Assembly (NCBI GenBank): GCA_030377895.1
Contig: JAUCGB010000114.1
Span: forward strand, 1-10,242
Length of the DNA: 10,242 nucleotides
Reading direction: 5' to 3'
From: Anaerolineales bacterium HSG24
GTDB lineage: Bacteria; Chloroflexota; Anaerolineae; 4572-78; J111
Positions 1 to 6,700 of this stretch are shown here, one piece after another (positions within the stretch are counted from its first letter, which is position 1; each line of letters begins with the position of its first letter). Below the pieces are notes generated by a model. It ran no database searches, was not told the DNA's origin, and worked only from the letters and a program-made list of their open reading frames with translations. The position numbers and the translations under genes were made by a program.

Positions 1-411
1 CCGCCCACCTTCACCCCGACTCATACCCCTACGCCCACGATGACTCCAACCCCCACGCCCCGCTTTGTCAAGCCAGTTTTATTAGGGCCTGATGATGGTA
101 AGCTGTTTGGCCGAGACCAAGAGTTGATTTTACGTTGGGAAACACAAGGAGTCTTAGGCCCTGATGATTTTTACGCGGTGCGGATGTCTTGGCGACAGGA
201 CGGTCAATTCGGTTATGGCGGCACCAATGTCAAAGAAAATTTCTGGGTTGTGCCTCCCGATTTATATTGGGGCAAGGCCGACGAGTTTACCGGACGCAAA
301 TATGAATGGTTCGTCTATGTTGAAGAAGTAAGCGAAAATGAAAGCGGTCAACAGATTAGCCGAGCCGTGAGTGACGTGAGCGATACGCTATCGTTCTTAT
401 GGCAACAATAG
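1..411 (+). CDS. 3' end of a gene entering from upstream. Open frame 1 from base 1 encodes a Pro/Thr-rich linker (PPTFTPTHTPTPTMTPTPTP) followed by a ~100-aa C-terminal domain of unknown function. The ATG at 40 is probably internal.
   Basis: Frame 1 is open from position 1 with no upstream stop, so the ORF is truncated by the window edge. A PT-repeat linker is a typical interdomain linker in secreted or multidomain proteins. The ORF ends with TAA at 409-411. The C-terminal domain has plausible globular composition (W/Y/F-rich) but I do not recognise the family. Confidence 0.55.
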   Translation, partial: PPTFTPTHTPTPTMTPTPTPRFVKPVLLGPDDGKLFGRDQELILRWETQGVLGPDDFYAVRMSWRQDGQFGYGGTNVKENFWVVPPDLYWGKADEFTGRKYEWFVYVEEVSENESGQQISRAVSDVSDTLSFLWQQ

Positions 412-428
412 ACGTGAAAACGCAAAAA

Positions 429-454
429 CGTGAAATGTGAAATCACATTTCACG
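429..454. promoter_or_regulatory. 26-bp perfect inverted repeat CGTGAAATGTGA-aa-TCACATTTCACG, preceded by GTGAAA direct repeats at 414-442. Candidate operator or weak terminator.
   Basis: Read directly: bases 429-440 are the reverse complement of 443-454 (12/12) around a 2-nt centre. The half-sites AAATGTGA/TCACATTT equal the CRP-family consensus half-sites, but the spacer is 2 bp instead of 6. The upstream sequence acGTGAAAacgcaaaaacGTGAAAtGTGAAAt holds three GTGAAA direct repeats. A T6 run lies at 462-468. Confidence 0.45.
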
Positions 455-1414
455 CATAGTGTCTTTTTTATGATAAATTTCAATCAGATATTAGATCAAC
501 TTACCAGCCGACCTCAATTGAAGTTGGCTGAGGTATATCACTTATCCAAGATGAGTCGGCCTCAGTGGGAGACATTTCAAATCCAATGGCCGACCATACC
601 TGTTTCCCGTCGCCAAGAAATCATGCGAGCTATGGTTGAGATTAGCGAGTCCAACTTTGAGGTTGACTTCTCGCCCATCTTTTTCATCTCCCTTAGCGAC
701 ACCGATAGTAAGGTTCGTACTGCGGCCATTCAAGGATTATGGGAAAGCCATGATCCGGTGTTGGTTAAACTATTCGGGCAAATATTAGGTCACGATGAGG
801 CGGTCATGACCCGTGCCGCAGCCGCGATTGCCTTGGGCCAGTTCATCTACTACGGTGAGGTTGAGGAGATTGACCCCACCATCGCTAAACTTGCCAAACA
901 AAAATTGCAGGAGACCATCAATAACACCAAGGAAGATGTTGAGGTGCGTCGACGAGCGGTCGAGTCGATTGCCTTCTCCAGCGCGGAGAAGGTGTGTAAA
1001 ATTATCGAAGCGGCCTATTATGATGAGGATGACCTCATGCAGGTCAGCGCGGTGTTTGCCATGGGCCGCAACGCCGATTCTCGTTGGATTCCCCGCGTAC
1101 TTGAGGAGTTGGACAACCCTAGCCCGGCCCTCCGTTTTGAGGCCGCTCGGGCCTGCGGTGAGTTGGAGAGCATCGACGCACTGCCTAAGCTGATCAGCAT
1201 CCTGCACAATGACCCCGATATCGAAGTGCAAGAGGTCATCGTCGCCACGCTAGGTCAGATTGGTGGCTCGGTGGCGCGGGATGCTCTTGAGACATGTTTG
1301 GAGTGGGACAACGAAGCAATTGTCACCGCTGCCGAAGAAGCCTTGGAAGAGTTGGCCGTGTTCAACGAATCGCTCCGTCTGTTTAACATGGACGAAATGG
1401 ATGACGACTCTTAG
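437..1414 (+). CDS. HEAT-repeat (PBS-lyase HEAT-like / HEAT_2 type) domain protein. Start uncertain (437 or 470).
   Basis: Repeated ~30-aa units carry the characteristic 'R..A..ALG.IG / D.d..VR..A..AL' pattern (RAAAAIALGQF, RRRAVESIAFSS, VSAVFAMGRNAD, LRFEAARACGELES, EVIVATLGQIGG). The ORF is long and clean, with an acidic C-terminus. The ATG at 437 lies inside the 429-454 palindrome and lacks a Shine-Dalgarno (SD) sequence, so the in-frame ATG at 470 is an alternative. The stop TAG (1412-1414) lies inside the MITE terminal repeat. Confidence 0.8.
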   Translation: MKSHFTHSVFFMINFNQILDQLTSRPQLKLAEVYHLSKMSRPQWETFQIQWPTIPVSRRQEIMRAMVEISESNFEVDFSPIFFISLSDTDSKVRTAAIQGLWESHDPVLVKLFGQILGHDEAVMTRAAAAIALGQFIYYGEVEEIDPTIAKLAKQKLQETINNTKEDVEVRRRAVESIAFSSAEKVCKIIEAAYYDEDDLMQVSAVFAMGRNADSRWIPRVLEELDNPSPALRFEAARACGELESIDALPKLISILHNDPDIEVQEVIVATLGQIGGSVARDALETCLEWDNEAIVTAAEEALEELAVFNESLRLFNMDEMDDDS

Positions 1415-1583
1415 TACCCGACAGAAAATTTAGTCTGAACTAATTAACACAGAGTTTCACAGAGGAACACAGAGTTTCACAGAGAAAAAGCGAGTTATTC
1501 TTTCCTCTGTGAAGCTCTGTGTCCCTCTGTGTCCTCTGTGTTACTGTTTTAACTTTCTCGAAACCAGTTTGTCGGGTAGCAAG
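1410..1583 (+). mobile_element. MITE copy 1 (174 bp): CTTAGTACCCGACAG ... CTGTCGGGTAGCAAG
   Basis: Near-identical to 3442-3596 and to the reverse complement of 8386-8549. 15-bp TIRs match 13/15. Internally it holds 4x CACAGAGnnn, a 20-bp spacer, then 4x CTCTGTGnnn, forming a long hairpin. Flanking 8-mers TGACGACT (1402-1409) and CGACGACT (1584-1591) match 7/8 as a putative target-site duplication. Confidence 0.85.
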
Positions 1584-1660
1584 CGACGACTTGGATGACA
1601 TTTGATGAGGCAATCAAGGAGGTTGAAGTGATGGCAGTCGGTCGGGAATTGGCCCAAGCT

Positions 1661-3376
1661 CTATCCTCCCTCCTCCTTCCTCCATCCTGACAATCCCATC
1701 GTTTCGGCTACAGCCATCATTTGGGCTAAAAAAACGGGCAGGCTGTTAAATATATTTTCGTTACCGCCAGTTTGCACCACCTTCAGATCATGCACCTCTG
1801 GTAGTTGTGTGGCGATCTCCGGTAATTTAGCAATCAGTTGACTAACTAACTCAGCCTCGCTCATTGAGTTGCGAACTGCTTGTTCCAATTGAGCAATCTC
1901 AGCCTCGCTTTCCCGTAAAGTCAACTTAAGTTGCTGAGTCTCCCTTTCGTGAGCCAAGTCTGTAACCTGCTCTTTTTGTTTCCGCGTCAGGCGAGCTTCT
2001 AAAATCTGCTCGGCCAGCGCATCTTGTTGGGCTTGGAGTTGGATGTTGAGGGCCACTTCTTGCATTTTGATAGTCTCTTCGCGGGCGAGGCGTTGTTGCT
2101 CAGCCTCAAGTTTCGAGATGGCGAGGCGATTCTCTTCCGCAAGGGCATGCAGAGCTTGTTCGGTTTGGAGCGAGGCTTGACGATTACTGGCCTCTGCCGC
2201 CAACTGGGCCGCTTGAATTTTCTCTTCGTTCTCACGCGCTAAGGCGCGCAATTTGCGTTCTTGCTCAATTTGGGTAGATTGAGTCTCCAACCGTTGATCC
2301 GACTCGCGACGGATGACGGTGGTTTGCTCTTCGAGTTGGAGCTTTTCCCGCTCGTTTTCCTGCTCTTTGGTAAAACGGATCGACTGCTCGGTCAACTTTA
2401 GCTCTAGGGCTTCGGTTTGTTTACTCTGTTTAATCCGCTCAATCTCGACCAGCGTTTCGGCTTCGCTGGTTTCGGTGGTTTGGCGACTTTTTAGCTCTTT
2501 CTGCCAAATCTCGTTCTGCATATCCAGATGGCTGATGCGAGCCGTTTTTTCCTGTTGATGCCGAAATGGTGCTTGCAAATCTTGCCACAGTTTTTGCGAG
2601 CTGACCAACGCCTCCCGAATCTGGACGGTGACAATTTTGATGCCTAACCCCTCGTCTGTGACCTTCACCTCTAGGGTGCGACCCTCAGTAACTGCCTTTA
2701 AGCGGGCGGTTAACTCCTCGATAATCGGTGCTTTATCGGTTAACACCTCCTCGACGCTCATAGTGGCGATTTTATCCTTAATCGCGGCCTCGGCCTGTTC
2801 CCGCAACTGAGCGTTCACTATGCCCAACGGATCACGACTATCAGAAAAATCGAGTTTGCGATAGGCGACGGCAAAATCGTCAATTTGCCATTGCACGTAG
2901 GCCAAAATGTTGATCCCCTGCTTCTCTTTGGTGATGCAGTTGGCGACTACACCGATGGTCTGCATGGCTGCTGGCACCACCAGATAGGCATCGGTGTAGG
3001 GGTTGTAGCGAAAGGAGACCCCCAAGCCGATGGTAACAGGCTGGTCACGACCGATACGGGTATGCACCACATAGACATTTGGCGGAATGATAATCCGTCT
3101 CCACCACCAGTAGCCGGTTTCGCGAACTTTTATCGGTTCCTTTTCCAGTTGTAACTCCTCAGAGCTTTTGAGGCCACTATCGGACGCGCCGGGTGGTGGA
3201 ACCGATGGAGAGGTATCCTGAATATAGTTGTCCGCACTAAAAATTTCCTCTTTTTCTTCTTCAAGCGGCTCAGGAGTGTGTTGTAGCATAACATTCTGCT
3301 CTTTGAAGATGTCGGCCGCGGCTTTGCGTTTTTTCATGATCTGTTTGACTCCTTTTAGGACTGTCTGGGTCATCAT
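1661..3376 (-). CDS. Flotillin-like SPFH/band-7 family protein with a disordered acidic/Ser-Pro-rich N-terminal extension, an SPFH domain, a long EA/Q-rich coiled coil and a conserved flotillin C-terminal segment.
   Basis: The SPFH-type core begins 'IIIPPNVYVVHTRIGRDQPVTIGLG...', followed by ~250 aa of E/Q/A/L/K-rich coiled coil typical of flotillins. The C-terminal 'LVSQLIAKLPEIATQLPEVHDLKVVQTGGNENIF...' parallels the eukaryotic/bacterial flotillin tail 'LLEKLPQVAEEISGPL...KITLVSSGSG'. Alternative start at the second in-frame ATG (3335-3337), which has an AGGAG 11 nt upstream. Confidence 0.82.
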   Translation of the reverse strand: MMTQTVLKGVKQIMKKRKAAADIFKEQNVMLQHTPEPLEEEKEEIFSADNYIQDTSPSVPPPGASDSGLKSSEELQLEKEPIKVRETGYWWWRRIIIPPNVYVVHTRIGRDQPVTIGLGVSFRYNPYTDAYLVVPAAMQTIGVVANCITKEKQGINILAYVQWQIDDFAVAYRKLDFSDSRDPLGIVNAQLREQAEAAIKDKIATMSVEEVLTDKAPIIEELTARLKAVTEGRTLEVKVTDEGLGIKIVTVQIREALVSSQKLWQDLQAPFRHQQEKTARISHLDMQNEIWQKELKSRQTTETSEAETLVEIERIKQSKQTEALELKLTEQSIRFTKEQENEREKLQLEEQTTVIRRESDQRLETQSTQIEQERKLRALARENEEKIQAAQLAAEASNRQASLQTEQALHALAEENRLAISKLEAEQQRLAREETIKMQEVALNIQLQAQQDALAEQILEARLTRKQKEQVTDLAHERETQQLKLTLRESEAEIAQLEQAVRNSMSEAELVSQLIAKLPEIATQLPEVHDLKVVQTGGNENIFNSLPVFLAQMMAVAETMGLSGWRKEEGG

Positions 3377-3441
3377 TTGGAGAACTCATCCGATGACCAT
3401 GATCATCAACTTAAGAAGTTCGTAGTTGCCTCAGAGGGCGA

Positions 3442-3596
3442 CTTAGTACCCGACAGTCTGAACTAATTAACACAGAGTTTCACAGAGTTTCACAGAGAAA
3501 AAGCGAGTTATTCTTTCCTCTGTGAAGCTCTGTGTCCCTCTGTGTCCTCTGTGTTACTGTTTTAACTTTCTCGAAACCAGTTTGTCGGGTAGCAAG
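3442..3596 (+). mobile_element. MITE copy 2 (155 bp), same family and orientation as copy 1
   Basis: Same TIRs (CTTAGTACCCGACAG / CTGTCGGGTAGCAAG). Relative to copy 1 it lacks 'aaaattta' and one CACAGAGnnn unit. Flanking 8-mers GAGGGCGA (3434-3441) and GAGGGTGA (3597-3604) match 7/8. Confidence 0.85.
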
Positions 3597-3712
3597 GAGG
3601 GTGATAAATCGCCTACTACAAACGTTAAGTTGATGAGTAGATCAAAATAGTGACCATGATGACCGTTCTAAAATATATTCTGAAATTGGATAAAATCAAT
3701 AATGGCTCGATT

Positions 3713-6700
3713 TTAAGGCCCTAAACTAGGCCGTCCACCATTATAATGCAGTTCCAGCACATCCCTCGCTGGCGACCTATCTCGCTTCGGCGTGCCCGGC
3801 ACGGTGATGATGAGTGGCCCGTACAGGTTATTTTGCTCGTTGCGTTCCACCACTTCGCCCAAACTACTGCCACTTTCGGCGAATGAATCGACCAACACAT
3901 AAAGATAGTATTGCCCGGGTTCTCGAAAATGGTTATTGATGGGATAACCGCCCATCGTTTTATCCCATGTGCCGATGTTCTTGGGGATAAAGTTGCTGTA
4001 GTTGTGAGTTGGGTCAAACGGGTCGTTGGGGATGAGATTGGTCAGCAGGCGTTGCCCGTTGGGGGTGTCGTAGGTACGCCAGACCACGCCATACGGCACT
4101 CGACTGAGGCCAAAACTGCTCCAGCTTTGATTGACTTGTGGCGTAATCGGGTCGATAGATAGATACAGATCAACCCAAAACGACTTAGGAACGGCTGTAC
4201 CCTGATTGTTCCGTACTGTCACCGTAATCACCACTGGCTGACCGGGGAAGGGGCTTAAGTCGGACACATCGACCTGCTCCACCCATAAATCAATCGGAGC
4301 GGGTTTAATAATTAGGGGTAGGTAGAACGCTCTATTAATCAGAGTATCCTCCACAGCTGAGTCAACATTGCCCAAACTATCAATGATGGTGGCGATATTT
4401 CCAATCGAGGTCACATAGCTAGGCAGGTTGTGATTGATCGTCACGGCAAACAGTATTGGTCTGCTCTCCCCACTGTTCAATGTTCCCACATTATACCGAC
4501 AAACCGATTTCGCCACCGCCCCATGCATACAATCCCAACCCGACGAACTAGCCGTGGCATTAAAAGTACTGTTAGCCGGAACAACCTCACTCAGCAAAAC
4601 CCCGCTTACTGTATTCGATCCACCGTTTCCATAGTTAAGCGTATAAACCAGCGTATCACCCGGCTCAACTATGACATTATTGTCGGTCTTAGTCAGGGTT
4701 AAGGTTGACGCGGTGTTGTTGTTGATGACCAGCGTATCCTTTACTGCCGAATCGACATTGCCCAAACTATCAATAATGGTAGCGATGTTCCCAATCGAGG
4801 TCACAGAACTAGGCAGATTTTGATTGACCGTCACCGCAAATTGCACCACCCCGCTCGCTCCACTGCTCAACGTTCCTACATTATGCCGACAGATTTCTTC
4901 TGCTGCCGCCCCATCAGTACAGTCCCAACCTGACAAACTAGCCGTGGCATTAAAGGTACTGTTAGCCGGAACAACCTCCTGAATTAATACTCCACTGGCT
5001 ATTCCCGGGCCACTATTCCCATAATTTACTGTATAAACCAGCGTATCCCCCGGCTCAACCGAGACATTATTATCGGTTTTAGTCAGGGTTAAGTTGGGTG
5101 CGTTCGGATTGTTGATACTGTTGGTGAAAACGGTGCTGTTATCGGCTAGATTCAGGTCAGCTCCATTGTGTCCATTATCAACAATGATGGCACTGTTGGT
5201 GATGACCGTCACATTGCCGGGCAAATTATCATCAACCTGCACCGTCATGGTCACAATATAGGACGGCCCATTTGAAATGAGCAAACTCGGCACGTCGTAC
5301 CAATACTCAGAGCCGACCGGTCGCCAAGTGGGAGTTCCCTCAACAAAATGGGTATGGTCGGGCAGAGTATCCCGAATCGTCACCCCATTAGCGATAGCAG
5401 TACCCATATTAGCAAACATAAAACTGTAACTAATCTGGTCACCAGGGCCAAATGAACCGCTCGACGCGGTTGTATAGATTCTCATATCCGGCCCGTTGCC
5501 CGTCGGCGGGCTGGTCGTGCCGTCGGTGATGACAGTCGTGACCATGCTGTTATTGTCGATGATGATCTCTTCCGGCCCATGCGTACCATCATCGCCAATC
5601 TCTGCAATATTATCAAATACCGTAAAAACGGGTAAATTATCATCAATTTTGACTGGAAAAATTATCGAATTACCCTCAAAACTCAATGTTCCCACCTCAT
5701 GCCGATATTTTCTAGTGCCGGGAATCTGTTGCCATAAATTGGGGTCTCCGACGTAGGTAGTGAAATGGGGCAACGTCTCGGTGATGACGACACCCGTGGC
5801 AACACTGTTCGGCACTTGATTGATATAAACCAGCCCGTAGGTAATCACCTCTCCGGCCCGAGCGCTGGGGTAAAACCCTTTGACGATGCCTAAATTGGGC
5901 GGAATAGCTACGGTGGTGACGAAGGTAGCAATGTCGCTCAAATTGTCATTGCTTTCTAAGGCCGCCAAAATGCCGGTGGTATCCCGATAACCGACCTCGG
6001 CCGTAGCGGGTATGCTGATTGAGAAGATCACTTCTCGACGTTCACCACCGACTAAGGAGAAGGACATGGTTTGCGGGCTGGCTACAAACAGGCCGTTGGT
6101 CACAGTGATTAGGATTGTCTCATCGGTCGTGCCAGTATTGATGACATCGAGGCTGTAGGTCAACACATTGCCCGGTTGGGCAAACCCCTCCTGTAACGAG
6201 GGCAGGAGTGTCACCCCCGGCACGGCTAGGTCTAGGTGATGGGTGTCTCGATTGTCGCTCAAATCGGGCGGGATGCCGTTGGCACTACTGTAATTAATAA
6301 TGGCCGTGTTGATAATTTCATCCACCTCATCGGAAACGACCGGGTTGACTCGCACCGCAAATGTGGCACTGGTGGGACTGTCAGCGGCCAAGTTGCCAAA
6401 ATCATAAGTGCATGTCGTGCCAGCATGGATACTTGGACAACTCCAGCCTGCGGTGCTACCGGCTGAGTCCCATGTCGTATTTTGGGGGACAACTTCGGTG
6501 ATTGTGCCGGAGGTGGCATCTGCGGTACTGTCATTGGTTATGTTTATGGTATAAATTATCTGTTCGGTAGGTAGGACAATCGTGCGGGTAGTGGTTTTGC
6601 TGATGTCGAGCGAGGTCGGGCCACGTATCCCAGTCGTCACAGGTTGCGGGGCCGGATTCATGGTGAAAGGTGGCGTACCGGGCAACGGGCGAATTTCATG

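Noticed and set aside
429-468. Palindrome 429-454 plus T6 considered as a canonical Rho-independent terminator of the upstream gene
   Set aside because: The stem is AT-rich (4 GC in 12 bp), and the T-run is separated from the stem by 7 nt. This does not fit a strong intrinsic terminator. It is kept only as a weak alternative to the operator interpretation.
813-1248. Antisense or alternate-frame ORFs (813..1193 +, 785..1231 -, 1018..1248 -) overlapping the HEAT-repeat gene
   Set aside because: They are Arg/Ser-rich low-complexity translations nested entirely within a longer ORF that has a clear repeat-domain signature. They are typical shadow ORFs.
1441-1546. Regularly spaced CACAGAG / CTCTGTG repeats considered as a possible CRISPR array
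   Set aside because: The period is only 10 bp with no unique spacers. The two arms are mutually complementary and lie inside an element with TIRs present in three copies. This is a MITE-internal hairpin, not a CRISPR array.
1616-1682. Strong SD-like AAGGAGG followed 8 nt later by ATG, opening a 19-codon + strand ORF (MAVGRELAQALSSLLLPPS*) antisense to the flotillin C-terminus
   Set aside because: The ORF is very short, and its sequence is dictated by the poly-Glu/Gly codons (cctcc repeats) of the opposite-strand gene. It is most likely coincidental. Only ribosome profiling could rescue it.
1999-3425. Small ORFs on both strands inside the flotillin gene (1999..2235 -, 2024..2242 +, 2313..2558 +, 2628..2810 +, 2885..3154 +, 3228..3425 +)
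   Set aside because: All sit inside the convincingly coding 571-aa minus-strand ORF and have Ser/Cys/Arg-rich or otherwise implausible composition. They are shadow ORFs.
3597-3712. Looked for a terminator or tRNA in the 116-bp gap between MITE copy 2 and the adhesin gene's stop
   Set aside because: There is no GC-rich hairpin with a U-tract and no cloverleaf-compatible structure. Only AT-rich sequence and a short gaccatgatga motif shared with 3395-3408, of doubtful significance.
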